Part shown: positions 27,050 to 41,788 of the stretch, in pieces
Layout of the letters: each line of letters opens with the position of its first letter
Position numbering within the stretch: position 1 is the first letter of the stretch
Assembly (NCBI RefSeq): GCF_006345805.1
Contig: NW_021833581.1
Coordinates: 1-58,162, forward strand
Direction: 5' to 3'
From: Octopus sinensis
Taxonomy: Eukaryota
DNA: 58,162 nt
The notes under the pieces: model-generated
What the model was told of the DNA's origin: nothing
Databases searched by the model: none
What the model saw: the letters and a program-made list of their open reading frames with translations, nothing else
Made by a program: the position numbers and the translations under genes

Positions 27050-27236
27050 ATTTGGTGGGAGAGGAAACAGTCGATTACATTGATCGCAGTGTTTCACAGG
27101 TACTTAATTTATCGACCCCGAAATGACGAAAAGCAAAGTCATCTCGGCGGAATTTGAACTCAGAACGTTGCGGCAGACGAAATACTGCTAAGCATTTCGC
27201 CCGGCGCGCTAACGCTTCTGCCAGTTCGCCGCCTTG
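27050..27236 (-). mobile_element. SINE family A, monomer (a further partial copy at ~26750-26880)
   Basis: Homologous to 41281-41515. Confidence 0.8.
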
Positions 27237-27879
27237 GATAAATTTATAAATAATAGCATGGAGTAAATGGGGTTTAACCCACCCGCTTTTTACTGCATTT
27301 TAAACTAAATAAATGACATTGGCGACCAAATCGGAGCAATGACACCACTATTTTCACTGTATTTACCTCGTTCCTAGGCTTATCGATTAAACTATGATCA
27401 GCATCAGTGTTTTATGCATTTGTAGAAATAAGTTTCATCACACAAGTACAGAGGGCCGCCAAGCGGCCCGATAGTGGGGCCAAAGGCCTTATAGATGTCC
27501 TCCGCAGGATCTAGCGTGAATGCCGCCAGAAGGGTGGCTTCAAGGCTAGTATAAACTATTTACTTCCAGTTCCATTGGTACAAAGAGGTTTATTTCATGT
27601 CTTGGACTTATGATTTTAAACAACATACAACTTTCGCTGGTAAGACCAAGTCTTCTAAAATAGATGAAATAAGTTCAAAGTGGTATTTTAGTATAATGGC
27701 AGCATATTTCTCACGTTCACAAAAATTGTGCGTCTCCCACGAGCAATCTTCTACTTTTTTTTCTATCCAAAATTTTATGTGCTCTACCTACGAAAACATT
27801 TGATGGCCAACGAAACTACAGCGTGAGCTAATTACACTTGTAGCTTCGTTCCAATTCTACGGATCTCACACACACGTAC

Positions 27880-27916
<37 letters not shown>

Positions 27917-28729
27917 TTTATTTCTTGTCTCTGTTTTGTTTTGTTTTTGTATTTTTGTCATATCTAATCGCATGGCAATGTTGACGTCACAGAGTTAATC
28001 TATTAGATTTATTTCTTTATTTTATGTATTTCTTTATTTTAATCTATTAATCTTTAGAGAAAGGAAAACTAAACTGCAGAATGATAATGCATTTATCACA
28101 ATAGTGAGATGACCAAATAGATAATTATTGCGTAGGCCATGGACTCAGGTCATGAGTTCAATTCCAACTCAGCGCAGACATTTTGTTCTGTTTCCAGAAA
28201 TCATATTTCTCTTAAACACATATCCTACCGTTATAAAATAGGAATGGCACATTGGATAATGTAGTCCTATATAGACAATGCCCGAGAGAATGACGAGATT
28301 GTCAAGGCTTGAACACATTTAATCATAAGTCTGTTCGAGAAAGTTTTATCTGGGGCTGGACAATTAGTACTACAGCATCGAAAATAGTATCTTCGGGGTC
28401 AATGAATGTGACTGTATGGCCAATTGTCTTACTAGAAATAGCAACCGAATCCCTCACACATCATATCCTTCCATTATTAAAAGAGGAATTTAATACATAT
28501 AACAAATAATGTATTCAAAAGTATTATTACATATCTCAGGGAGAAAAAATATACTGGATGGTCATGGTTGGAAAACTTTGTATAGAGGTTTATGCGATTA
28601 GAACTGGGCACAGACGAAACAACAACCACTACTACTACTACCACTACTACTACCACTACTACTACTACTACTACTAAACTCATTTATACATTCTTTAATA
28701 ATTATAATAATCAGGATGATAACTTCATC

Positions 28730-28942
28730 TTTTACTTGTTTCCGTCATTAGACTGCGGCCATGCTGAGGCACAGCATTGAAGCTGGGTACTTATTCAGTC
28801 TCTTTCAAAGAACTGCTAAGTTACGGCGACGCAACCAAATCAACACCGGTTGTTAAGCAGTGTAATAGGGGACAAACAGACCCAAACACACCACACACAC
28901 TAAATATAAATATATGTGTGTGTATTATATATATATCTATAT

Positions 28943-28979
<37 letters not shown>

Positions 28980-28984
28980 GGGTG

Positions 28985-29040
<56 letters not shown>

Positions 29041-29240
29041 TAAAATATCCAACGAACGTGAATTTGCTTTATTAATAAAGTATATATGCAACGGGCTTCT
29101 TTCTGTTTCCGTCTGCTCACAAGGCGCTTCGGTCGTCCTTAGGTTATCGAAGAAGACACTTACCCAAGGTAACACACAGTAGGACTGAACCCGGAACCAT
29201 GTGGTTGGGAAGAAAACTTATTATGACACAGCTACGCCTG
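28730..29240 (-). mobile_element. SINE family B with expanded internal microsatellite
   Basis: Homologous to the other copies. Confidence 0.75.
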
Positions 29241-29749
29241 TGGACTCTTCGTAAGGAAAACCAGTAAATTTCTTATCTCACATCCTCCGAGGTTGCCAAT
29301 ATGTCAGACATGACGCAAAGAAAAAAGACTATTTAAAACCGACACTCCAGTCCTACAAGTTTATCGTTTTATACAGGCCAACCTCACTCTGGTTGATTGA
29401 CCGTCGTCTTATGCAATTATCATCATAACAACCAAGGTATCTGGATGGCTAAGTATGACATGGGCTTTGTTTATACTCCACCCGCATTCCTTACAGATAA
29501 GAGGATTTGCTTTATCATGTTGCGGCCTTGCTTTATCGTGTCGGACGTTCAGCGGGATATCTACTAGAATCATTATTTGCATGTAACAACAGATTCTCCA
29601 CTTCTCCTCCACCTCCCTACATCGTTCTGTCTATATATTATTTTTTTTCTCTTTTCCGTCTTACGTGTGTTGGGTATGGCCGTATGTGTATGTGTGTGTG
29701 TGTGCGTATGTGTGCATGAATATACGTGTATGTACCTATTTCTTTACTA

Positions 29750-30141
29750 CCCACAAGAGGCTAAACACAGAGGGGACAAACAAGGACAGAAAAACGAATT
29801 AAGTCGATTATATCGACCCCAGTGCGTAACTGGTACTTATTTAATCAACCCCGAAAGGATGAAAGGCAAAGTTGACCTCGGCGGAATTTGAACTCAGAAC
29901 GTAGCGGCAGACGAAATACCTATTTCTTTACTACCCACAAGGGGCTAAACACGGAGAGGACAGACAAAGGGAATAAGTCGATTACATCGATCCCCAGTGC
30001 GTAACTGGTACTTAATTTATCGACCCCGAAAGGATGAAAGGCAAAGTTGACCTCGGCGGAATTTGAACTCACAACGTAACGGCAGACGAAATACCGCTAA
30101 GCATTTCGCCCGACGTGCTAACGATTCTGCCAGCTCGCCGC
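29750..30141 (-). mobile_element. SINE family A, dimeric
   Basis: Same junction as the 14.4-kb copy. Confidence 0.9.
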
Positions 30142-31130
30142 CCTATATACGTGTATGTACACGTATGTGTGACAGTGCACGTGTATTCCAATGTGACAGA
30201 GATTCGGTTGCTCCATTTCTGTGTCTCGCCGTTCTTTTATTGTTTGACTTTTATGTTTATTTAACTTGTTTCTTTTCCCTGGTTTCATTGGACTGAGGCC
30301 ATGCTGGGGCCCCACCCTAGTCGAAGAAGTCGATTCCAGTATTTATTTTAAAGTTTGGTCCCCTATTGCTAATTCGCTGAGTTGCGAGGGACGTAAACAA
30401 ACGAATCTGTTCCTCATCACCATAATTTAATTCTTCACAGCTGCGGCTGCTACGGGTTCATTTCTCACGCTCTCCTAAATGTGATTAGCCATGGGGTTCT
30501 CCTACAAGTACCTGCCCTGATCCGCCCCTCTCTCTACATATCTTAATCTTCATCTAAAAACACAAAGGCTCTTCTTTTCTGGTTTTGTAGTCTGAGGAGC
30601 TGCATAATAACTTTACTAGTGATGATGTCCTAAAAAAAAAAACCCTCATGGTGCACACTGTAAAGTGGTTGCGTTAGGAAGGGCGTGCCGAAGCAGACAC
30701 TGGAGCGCGATGAAGTCCTTGGACACATTGGATCCTGTGAAAGCGTCCAAAATTCCAGGATGGAACATTGGGCATTAAATAATGATGATGAGATTAATGG
30801 CGATCATTTTAATAAATATATCTACAAATTTACTTAGGAGAACAGTAATTCGCAGATGTGCTTCATGAGGACACAGCTGGGATTTGAACTCTATCGTTAT
30901 ACTCTCTCTCTACCTACCAAGCTGTCTCTCTGTCTATCTATCTATCTATTTATCTAGCTAGCTATCTATATACATTAATGTTTCGATTTTTTTTTTTATG
31001 TTCAGCTATGATAAAAACAATTTTATAGAGTCGCATGACCTGAAGTGGACACACCCAAATACTCACACCTGCTTACAAAGATCTACAGACATGAATAGAT
31101 TCTAAACAATAACACGACCTGAGATTTAAT

Positions 31131-31205
<75 letters not shown>

Positions 31206-31306
31206 TAATCCAAACATGAAAACACAAAGAGAAAACACAACAACGCGAGGACGTGGAACAAATATAGTATTATTGGACGCTCAGGAAGGAAGGGAAGAAG
31301 AGAAGG

Positions 31307-31341
31307 GTTTTACGTTTCGAGCGGAGCTCTTCGTCAGAAAC
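31307..31341 (-). ncRNA. Minimal type-I HHR within a ~190-bp Penelope-LTR-like repeat (31202-31395)
   Basis: GTTT-CTGACGA-A-GAGC-TCC-GCTC-GAAA-CG-T-A^-AAAC. Confidence 0.85.
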
Positions 31342-31452
31342 ACAGGAAAAGGACGGAGGGAAAAAAATCGCCAGCGGTACACACGCGGTCACATTATATA
31401 TATATATATATTATATATATATATATAAACTTGGAGAAAAGAAAAGAAACGA

Positions 31453-31498
<46 letters not shown>

Positions 31499-32314
31499 TG
31501 TAATTATGTATATATATATATATATGCATGTAATTATGTATATATATATATAATGGCTGGCCATATCGGAGCAATCTCAAGATTAATCAGCCGAAATTGC
31601 CTAAGATGATCGGTTCTTGAATGATGATGAGGGCTTCGAATGTACCGTCCTTGGTTCTGTGTGTCGTCTGTGGTGTTTCATGTTTTGTCCATGTCTGTAT
31701 TTAATTTTACTGTTACCTATATATTATATATATATATATATATGCATGTAATTATGTATGTATGTGTGTAATATGTAGATGCATATAAGACTAAGCGGTG
31801 CAATTTCAGTTTAGCCTGACGGGAACTGAGTCTGTCAGATTGGACGTTTCGATGTATAGTCAGTGCATCTATGACTTCACGTGAATTAAACAAACAAGAA
31901 ATATGAGATGTTTATCACAACTTTTCTCACATGCTAACCAAAAGTGTCAATTACCACCCACCTCATCAACCGCATTTGAACTGAAGGCAAATTACTACTG
32001 TATCCATACAATATATGATAACAACGGCACTCCGTCGGTTACGACGACGAGGGTTCCAGTTGATCTGATCAACGAACAGCCCGCTCGTGAAATTGACGTG
32101 CAAGTGGTTGAGCACTCCACAGACACGTCTATCCTTAGTTCTCGGGGGAGATTCAGCGTGACACAGAGTGTGACGAGGCTGGCATTTTGAAATACATGTA
32201 CAACAGAAACAGGAAGAAAAAGTGAGAGAAAGTTGTGGTGAAAGAATACAGCAGGGTTCACCTCCAACCCCCCGCCAGAACCTCGTGGGGCTTTATTTAT
32301 ATGTATCTATCTAT

Positions 32315-32690
<376 letters not shown>

Positions 32691-32694
32691 GAAC

Positions 32695-32800
32695 TTAAGT
32701 GTTTTCGCTCAACAAAACTCACAATGCCCAGTGGGAATCGAATCCGCGATCCTATGACCGCGAGTCCGCTACCCTAACCACCGAGCCATTGCGCCTCCAC
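32695..32800 (-). mobile_element. tRNA-derived SINE family D, head fragment
   Basis: Reverse complement of the head at 44909 and 34137. Confidence 0.75.
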
Positions 32801-33830
32801 ACAATATATGATATATAGCCGTTGTTTACATCACGATTGTCTGATACATAGATAGGACAAAGAAACTCAAGCGAAAGAAGCGATCGTTTTATATATTAAT
32901 GAAAAATAATAACTGAGAAATGTAGTAAAAACTACCCTCGAAGTCCTCGAGGTGAGGAATATAAAATGTTGGAACACTTAAACAGATGCCATTAGGAAGT
33001 CGTGCTCGAACCTATGCAGTAACATTTTAGTTCATTGAAGGAAGTTGTTCATTCATTATGAGTACACAAACACCCAACAGGTAGTCGGTGTTATAGATTT
33101 AAGCGTATCTTAATTAAACAAATTGGATAGATGAACCTCCAATATAGTATAAAATGAAAAGTATGGAACATATCCCACTAGGTACTTCGCAGGATATCTT
33201 GATGATTATTCACCTTGTCAGCCGCTGTTGAACTAAAGATAGTTGTATATTTTGCCAAACAGTCTATAACAGTTGTTGATATATTCAGAAGACGATATAT
33301 AAAGGAGACCAGGAACGACGCTATTACCGAGAAATAACGATTGTCTTAAATTGTTCAAATATTTTCTAAGTACTTTGCTGGAGGGTTTCAGTAAGTTATG
33401 ATGGTACTCCTAAAGACATAGCAGAAGCTATATATGATAGATAGATACCCATGAACCAAGGCCATGAAAATTTCGAATTCTATATATTATTATTTTATGG
33501 TTTTATCGACCTCGAGCTTCACGGTTAAAACAATAACTTGCTTTATATGTGTAGAAGCTTGAACCGGCTTAGAATTCCTACTTTAAAGAACAAAGCTTCA
33601 AAATGGAGGCAGAACGTTCAAAGTGTTTCTTTAGTATAATTGTTTGAACGTCTGCTATGTATGTTTACAGCAGATTTGAGTTCGATACCTACGGGCAGTA
33701 TTCGATTTTTTTTCCTATCCAAAAGGATTTTTAACTCAATATTCTACACGCTAATATTTATGGCTTTATTGACTTGTTTTACAGTTTAAACATGATTTAC
33801 ATCTAATATTTTGTTTTTTTCTATGACCAG

Positions 33831-34043
33831 GTTGTGACAGCGGATTCGGTCACAGTTTAGCCCAACGATTACACAGTAAAGGATACACGGTTTACGCAGC
33901 ATGTTTGTTTTCCCAACAAGATGGCGCCAAGGAACTTCGAGATATGGAATCAGACCGCATGCACGTTATCCAACTTGATGTAACGTGCGATGATCAGGTG
34001 GAAAAAGCAATGGAATATGTTAAATCTACGCTTGGTGACAGAG
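33831..34043 (+). CDS. SDR (BDH1/RDH/HSD17B6-like) coding exon, Rossmann fold: (G)CDSGFGHSLAQRLHSKGYTVYAACLF...HVIQLDVTCDDQV...LGDR
   Basis: Polypyrimidine tract with CAG acceptor at 33828-33830 and GTAAG donor at 34044. 213 nt, phase 1 to 1. Has the GxxxGxG motif (GCDSGFG) and LDVT. Confidence 0.95.
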
Positions 34044-34136
34044 GTAAGATCGAGCGTTTTTCACCCGTATGTTCTATTGTTGTTTTTGAAATTTTTATGA
34101 TTGATTTGTTTTTGTTGTTGATTACCTCCGAATGGT

Positions 34137-34280
34137 GGAGGCGCAATGGCCCAGTGGTTAGGGCAGCGGACTCGCGGTCATAAGATCGCGGTTTCGATTC
34201 CCAGACCGGGCGTTGTGAGTGTTTATTGAGCGATAACACCTAAAGCTCCACCAGGATTCGGCAGGGGGTGGTGGTGGTGA
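34137..34280 (+). mobile_element. tRNA-derived SINE family D, intronic 5' part
   Basis: GGAGGCGCAATGGCCCAGTGG...GGTTTCGATTCC head, nearly identical to 44909. Confidence 0.8.
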
Positions 34281-34738
34281 TACTTTCATGGGGCTGCACT
34301 TTTGAATCTGCTGCATAAGACTGTATAGGCAGCATTGGCTCAGAGTGGAGGTGCACACTCAAGGGCTGCTCGGACGGCACTCATTCTAGCAACAACATTG
34401 ATTTCAGTACCCTGCTTGCGATGAATTCTCTTCAATTACTCTTGAAGAACACATGAAGAACGCTATTTCATTTCTCTTGCCCTTACTTATGTAAGAAATC
34501 AACGAATATTCTTTTGTGTACCATTTTAATGAACTGGATGTTTTCGTATTCTAGCAAGACATAAAACACAATTTGGCCTGCAGTGTTTATCTGATTACTG
34601 TTATTGGTAAACCTGGAGGGGGGGGATTTAACAAACATCCTTGCTTAGAATGTATTAAAGGTAGTTTCATATATCCGTTAATTGATGGTAAGACGTTGCT
34701 ACAGGTAATTGCTAATTTTTTTGTTTGTTCATTTTCAG

Positions 34739-34921
34739 AATTATGGGCGTTGATTAACAATGCTGGAATCGCATCATTTGGAGAAATAGAATGGACAAGT
34801 GTACCACTGTTCAAGAAAATTATGGATGTAAACGTGATTGGTGTTGTAAGGGTAACAAAGGCATTCCTACCCCTTCTTCGAAATATCAAAGGACGTGTTA
34901 TTAATGTTGCAAGTTTAGCGG
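34739..34921 (+). CDS. SDR coding exon: ELWALINNAGIASFGEIEW...DVNVIGVVRVTKAFLPLLRNIKGRVINVASLA
   Basis: TTTTCAG acceptor and GT donor at 34922. 183 nt, phase 1 to 1, in frame with the previous exon. Has the NNAG motif and catalytic Ser (NVAS). Confidence 0.95.
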
Positions 34922-35198
34922 GTACATATCATTTGATTTTCTTATTTGTTTTTCACTGAACTCCTCCCATCATTCTGCTATCCTATTTCTATTTGTACCT
35001 CTGGCCCTTTCATTACATCGCTCTAAAATTATGCATTTAAATAGGTATATTCATAGGTGTGAAATTAAAACATGCTTATACCAAACTCACATGCCAGCTC
35101 TCTCACAAACATATATACGAGCGTAGAAACATGAGCTTATCTGTGTGTGTATATATATACATACATACATACATACATACATACATACATACATACAT

Positions 35199-35238
<40 letters not shown>

Positions 35239-35436
35239 AGAGTTTACGAAAAAAACAAAAGACGAAGACAAGTGGTGTACAAAACAAACAGATGTATTAG
35301 TATAACGCTCAGGAATAGAAAAAGTATTTTACGTTTCGAGCCTACGCTCTTCTACAGAGAGGGACACAAAAAAAACAAGGAGAGAAACAAGGAGAGAGAA
35401 AAAAATGTGTGTAGTGGCTAACGATCTGTCATGGCA

Positions 35437-35553
<117 letters not shown>

Positions 35554-36889
35554 ATATATATATAATATATATATCACGGTATCGACCAGACTGTCAGAGG
35601 TTGTTATGCACCGGTGGTCACAATGCGCTTCGCATCGTTTGTGAAACGCACTAACTACTAGGCCACAAGCCTTTACACACACACGTGCATGTGTCCTTTA
35701 TGGATAACAGAAGCAATGTTAAATTATAAATAGCCATCTATGTGTTGTTGTTTTTTATATAAATACATAGTGAAAAAGAAATACTTCAGTATTCGTGCAG
35801 ATACAATAAACTTTATGGAGATGGATGTTATGTCCGCACGAATACTGCAGTTAATTTACCTTTCATGATCTATTTACATTAAGTTTGATACACAGACTAC
35901 TGTTTTGATCTAATACAGTTTTTGTTGCCTATAACGAATTTTTACCCCGCCGGGCGGCTGTTTGCAATATCAGTGAATTTTTATTCAGTTTTCCTGTAAA
36001 TCGGTGATGACAAGTTTCCTATGTACGTAGGAACGTACGTATATTGTGTTTTTAAACATAAAACATCTATTAGACATATTGCCTCCGGACGAATACCGCA
36101 ATATATCTTTCACTTCCACAAGTGTGTCTTAGAATGTGGAGGGTGAAACACCCACGTTTGAATCAATACCGAGATAAATAGGACATAAGATGGCTTAATA
36201 TATGTATTGTCGCCGGTTTAAATAGGACATAAAAATGGCTATATATGTATTCTCGCTGATTAGGATACAGTTCCTAGTAAGATATCTTGCTGACTTCACG
36301 GGATTGCTTGAGTTCAATATTACAATGCCTGCCATGCTTACAGAAGGCGTAGATTCGATTCCCTTCGACCTTTCTACTCAATATTTACACGCTGTTAATT
36401 TGTAGTTTATACATGCTTCGAGATTAAGCGTTCCAAAAAACGAATAATGTGCAGATATATTAAAAGTTATATATGTCTATATATTATATATCACTGCTTT
36501 TATGTCAACTTTATATAGAAACAATTTAGTCCCTCGACTATCGTGGGTGTTACGTCCTAAAACCCCCGCGATAGGTGAAAATCCGCGAAGTAGAAACAGT
36601 ACTGCACTATATATATATATATATATAATTAATTATTCGTTATATTTCATTTTCCTTCCGTTAAATGTAATGTTATTTCTAGTTGGAAACATCGTTTCTG
36701 TGGCTATACTATCGGAGCTATTTTTAGCACTAGAGCTATCCACATAGTGGTAACTCTCTAATAATTTATGTATAAATTTGTATTTTCTCCCTAGTTTTTT
36801 GTGCTAAGCCACTCAGTGTTAAATTAATGGTATTATTAAATTAATATCAATTTTTCACCTTCATTGATATATATATATATATATATATA

Positions 36890-36922
<33 letters not shown>

Positions 36923-37965
36923 CATTTTTATAATTTGTTTCTATTTATTTTATTATAAATGCAAAACAACACCACGGAGGAATCAGCGTATGCTTAAAAT
37001 AATAAACTGAGATAAGTGAACTGCGATATGGTGAAGGATTGCTGTACATATCTATATTTATCTACATCTATCTACCTGTCCATTTATGTGTGTGTGTGTA
37101 TGTGCATGTATATGTATATGTGTGTATGTATGTATGTATGTATGTATGTATGTATGTATGTATGTATGTATGTATGCAAGTATGTATGTATGTATGTATT
37201 TGTGTGTGTGAGAGAGTGTGTGTATGTGTGTATGTATTATCGTTTTCAGAGAAATGGAAAACGTGATTATTTACATCTAAACACATTTTTTTTTTCCAGT
37301 CAATGTCAAAATTTAGGCTTCTTTCCGAATAATGGGCGCAGAATATTATTTTAAAGTCCGCCCATTTACTTGATTTTTTTTTTTTCAATCAGAGATAAAT
37401 TTCGAATAGGAGAATGAAAACATACACCTATGTGCTAAAACTACTCGGTTGCACAACCACAGCTACGAACACAAAGGAACCTCGAAACTAGTTCTTTTCT
37501 TATGTAAACACAATTTCGGTATTGTTTCAAACGTGGGTGTTTCATACTCCACATTCTAAGAAACACTTATGGAAGTAAAAGTTATATATTAGCACAGATG
37601 TGCCTGAGTAGCTAGGAATTGTTTCCCAGGCATGTGCTACTGCTCGGAACATTGGGCAACTGTCTTTTAGTATAGCTCAGGGCCGAGCAAATCTGAGTGG
37701 ATTTGGTAAACGGAAACTGAAAGAAACCCGTCGTATATATATGTATATATACATAATTAGGAAATGAAAAAAATATAGATTAACCTGAACATCGATTGAA
37801 CCGCATTTTAAAGCTTGTTTATTGATACAATGCAAGACATAACAAAGCTAACAGCCGTTTCTAATCGGATACTGATAATATATACGGATATTTTATCCCT
37901 TAGTCGGTTACTACAACCGCTAAGTCACTCTTCTCTCTCTCTCTCTGCCTCTAATATATATATAT

Positions 37966-37998
<33 letters not shown>

Positions 37999-38058
37999 TA
38001 CACAAGTTACTCTTCTCTCTCTAATATATATATATATATATATTACAAAAGCTACTCT

Positions 38059-38091
<33 letters not shown>

Positions 38092-38092
38092 T

Positions 38093-38130
<38 letters not shown>

Positions 38131-38529
38131 AAGCTTGATTGAATGTAAAGAGCCCCAACCCAACTACCAGTCTCACTGAAAATAGGCAAGGGACCAACAG
38201 AAATCGGGCAAACGAACGGAATTTAACATACTATCTCAGCTAAAAAGCCGTAAACTGAGGTTACAGATATACCTGGGTCATGATAATAATTATTTGCAGA
38301 GTTATGATATAGCAAAACAAGAAGTTGGAAACATTTTTTGGTATCAGTTATTCACGACTACACTTGATTCATTTTCAAATAGGAATCCCAATATTGTATG
38401 TGTAAGATAAACATATCAGAAACTTCCTGTTAGGAATCCTTCTGACTGAGAATCAAAAAATATTCTTTGAAATTCTTCAGACCTGAGAACCAAAGAATAT
38501 TATTTGATTCTCTGTCTGAAGAATTTATT

Positions 38530-38990
38530 CTTTTACTGGTTTCATTCATTTGACTGAGGCCGTGCTGGGGCACCACCTATAGTCGAACGAATCGACCTCA
38601 GGACTTATTCTCTGTAAGCCTAGTGCTTACTTTATCGGTCTGTTTTGCCTAACCGCTAAGTTACGGAGACGTAAACATACCAACATCGGTTATCAAGCGA
38701 TGGTGGTGATACAAACACAGACACACGCATACATACATACATACATACATACATACATACATACATACATACATACATACATACATACATGCATACATAC
38801 ATACATACATACATACATACATACATGCATACATACATACATGGGCTTCATTCAGTTCCCGTCTACCAGATCCACTCACAAGGCTTTCGAGTCTATAGTA
38901 GAAGACGCATACCGAAGGTACGTCGCGATGGGATTGAACCCTGAACGATGGGAAGCAAGCTTCTTACCACACAGCCAGGCCTGCACCTAA
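38530..38990 (-). mobile_element. SINE family B, intronic
   Basis: Homologous to the other copies, with an internal (CATA)n tract. Confidence 0.8.
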
Positions 38991-40477
38991 ATGTAGATTC
39001 CGCAAGCGAAAAGGAACAAAGTAGAAATGCTGAGTAACAGACTCTTGCCTCACAGCATAGAGAAAGCACAATACAAACAAATCACTTTAGCAATACGTAA
39101 GTCATTTTTCAAGACGTTAAAGTATCGAAATGTTGATGATATATGGATTTCAGCAAATTATTATTCTAAAAAAAAAAGAGTATAAATGCATTCTAAGAAA
39201 TTGTGAAAATAAATATGAATTCATTGAAAAATGTAGAATACGATCGTTCTTCTATTTTTTTTTTTAATCCTCATGTTTGAAAGAAAAGTTGTTACCAATA
39301 GATGCATGGTATTGTAAAACTTCCTGCAAGACCGGTTTACTGTTACCTGAATGATTTAATGTTATTTAAAACTCTTAATACTTATTCAAGAATGTTTAAG
39401 TATCCTTGGAAACAGCACGATTTTTAATTTTTCTTAGGGGTGGGCAAAAAATAGTGATTAAAGAGTAATGTTTTGTTGGTGTAATGTTTTATCAGTGAGC
39501 TAGCAGAATCGTTAGCCCGACGGGAAAATTACTCAGCCGTATTTCGTCCGTCTTTACGTTCTGCGTTCAAATTCCCCCGAGGCCGACTTAGCCTTTCATC
39601 TTCTTGGTATCGATAAAATGAGTAATCGACTTACAACCTATATTGCTGGTCATTTACCAAAATTTAAAACTAGTATTCTGTTTGAGAGTATAGGGAATTT
39701 TGTTGATTCCCGATATTATTATGCTATGAGAGAGTATAGTTGTACAGTAAAATCGTCTACTTTCTTGAAGTTCAAACAACGTGGCACTCCGTCGGTTACG
39801 AAGACGACGGTTCAAGTTGATCCGATCAACAGAACAGCCTGCTCGTTAAATTAACGTGCAAGTGGCTGAGCACTCCACAGACACGTGGACCATTAACATA
39901 GTTTTCGGGGAGATTCAGCGTAACACAGAGTGTGACGAAACAGGCTGAAATAATGTAGTTTTGATTTCACGTTGATAATATCACTTTAGGAATGCTAGCT
40001 ACGTTGCGCAATCCTATTTTCTGTTGCACCTGAGACGCAATCATTTGTATATAGTAAGATATCTTGCTGACATAAATATTTCTTCTTTTAATTCCAAGTG
40101 TATTTAAATGTTTCCCAGTATGTATTGAGGAAAATAATTCAATCGAAAAACCTGTGACTTCACCAAACGAATAGCTCTGTTCACTATCCAATACGTAAAA
40201 ACAACTATAAAAATCATACAATAACATGCAGACACATATACTTCCCAGAATACCGTCATAACAATACCATGCACATATTTTCCATATAAAACTCATCTCT
40301 TTCAAAGCAGTCAGTGTTCCGCCAGTCGGTGTCACATAACACATATCCACACAATATACGTAAGCAATATAGACATTCACACAATGATCACATTAAGAAA
40401 CTTGAGCACACATACAAACACACACATCCACACACACACACACACTCTCACTTTAGCTTAAATATATTTCTTTATTG

Positions 40478-40697
40478 CCCACAAGGGGCTAAACATAGAG
40501 AGGACAAACAAGGACAGACAAAGGGATTAAGTCGATTACATCGACTCCAGTGCGAAACTGGTACTTTATTTATCGACTATGAAAGGATGAAAGGCAAAGT
40601 TGACCTCGGCGGAATTTGAACTCAAAACGTAACGACAGACGAAATGCCGCTAAGCATTTCGCCCGGTGTGCTAACGTTTCTGCCAGCTCGCCGCCTT
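40478..40697 (-). mobile_element. SINE family A, intronic, antisense to the SDR gene
   Basis: Homologous to the other copies. Confidence 0.9.
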
Positions 40698-41280
40698 AAA
40701 TAGCGTGCACAGACAATCATACAAATTAGGCATATAGTTATCTCCCTTATTGCTCTTGTGTGCATATTTCCAACGTGACTTCCTGAAAACTATCTTTCCA
40801 CCTTCAGTTTTTCCTTTGTCATTTTTCTTTCTTTTCTTTAATATTCTTTTCTCTCACTCTGTTCTCCGAAGAAAAGTTTGCTTAAAACGTCAAAATCCTT
40901 TAAATTTCCGTTTCCTGAGTCTCTCCCGTAGTTACCAGTCGTTCTTTTCACCCCGTTTTTCGTCTTATTTCCTCAAGGTCAATGTTCCATCTGTATCCCA
41001 ATGCTCACATTTGTATTCACGCAGATGCTGCTTTCTTTCCTATTTCATGTTGCACTGGATTCCCATAAGTGGGCTGGTTACACCCCTTAGGATAGCACTG
41101 TAGGATAGGTATGAGAGGCCAAATCTGGCCGATTTGAACATAAAACATGCAAACTCTTTGAGGCACATATAACCTGCTTGAATGCTAAATGGTTAAATAA
41201 TCTTTCTTTAATAGAGTACCTCATCTGAAAGTGCCAAAATCTCAGAAATAACTGATGGTATACGCAATATACGCAGTATA

Positions 41281-41515
41281 GGGCGGCGAGCTGGTAGAAA
41301 CGTTAGCACGCCGGGCGAAATGCGTAGCCGTATTTCGTCTGCCGTTACGTTCTGAGTTCAAATTCCGCCGAGGTCGACTTTGCCTTTCATCCTTTCGGAG
41401 TCGATAAATTAAGTACCAGTTAAGCACTGGGGTCGATGTAATCGACTTAATCTGTTTGTCTGTCCTTGTTTGTCTTCTCTGTTTAACCCCTTGTGGGTAG
41501 TAACGAAATAGGTAT
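41281..41515 (+). mobile_element. SINE family A, intronic, sense
   Basis: Head GGCGGCGAGCTGGTAGAAACGTTAGC and B box GTTCAAATTCC. Confidence 0.9.
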
Positions 41516-41655
41516 ACACAATATTGAAGTTCATAATATTTGATATAAACATCAATACTGTGTAGTTAATTTTGATTTATCATAAATAAATTTCATTATC
41601 TATAAACACATTAATTTTCATTTTCTTCCTCTATTTTTTTTTTTTTCACATGCAG

Positions 41656-41788
41656 GTCGATATACAATCCCGGCATTCTCTGCATACTCCATGTCAAAAG
41701 TAGCTTGCATTGCGTTTTCTGACGGCCTCCGGCAAGAGATGAGCAAGTTTGGAATCAAAGTTATTACTGTTGAACCTGGACTTTACAA
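41656..41788 (+). CDS. SDR catalytic exon: GRYTIPAFSAYSMSKVACIAFSDGLRQEMSKFGIKVITVEPGLYK
   Basis: Poly-T tract with TGCAG acceptor and GTAAAT donor at 41789. 133 nt, phase 1 to 2. Has YxxxK (YSMSK) and VEPG. Confidence 0.95.

Noticed and set aside
33031-33080. AG...ATG...GT mini-exon as SDR exon 1
   Set aside because: The ATG frame ends in phase 2 but phase 1 is needed, and there is no VxIT motif.
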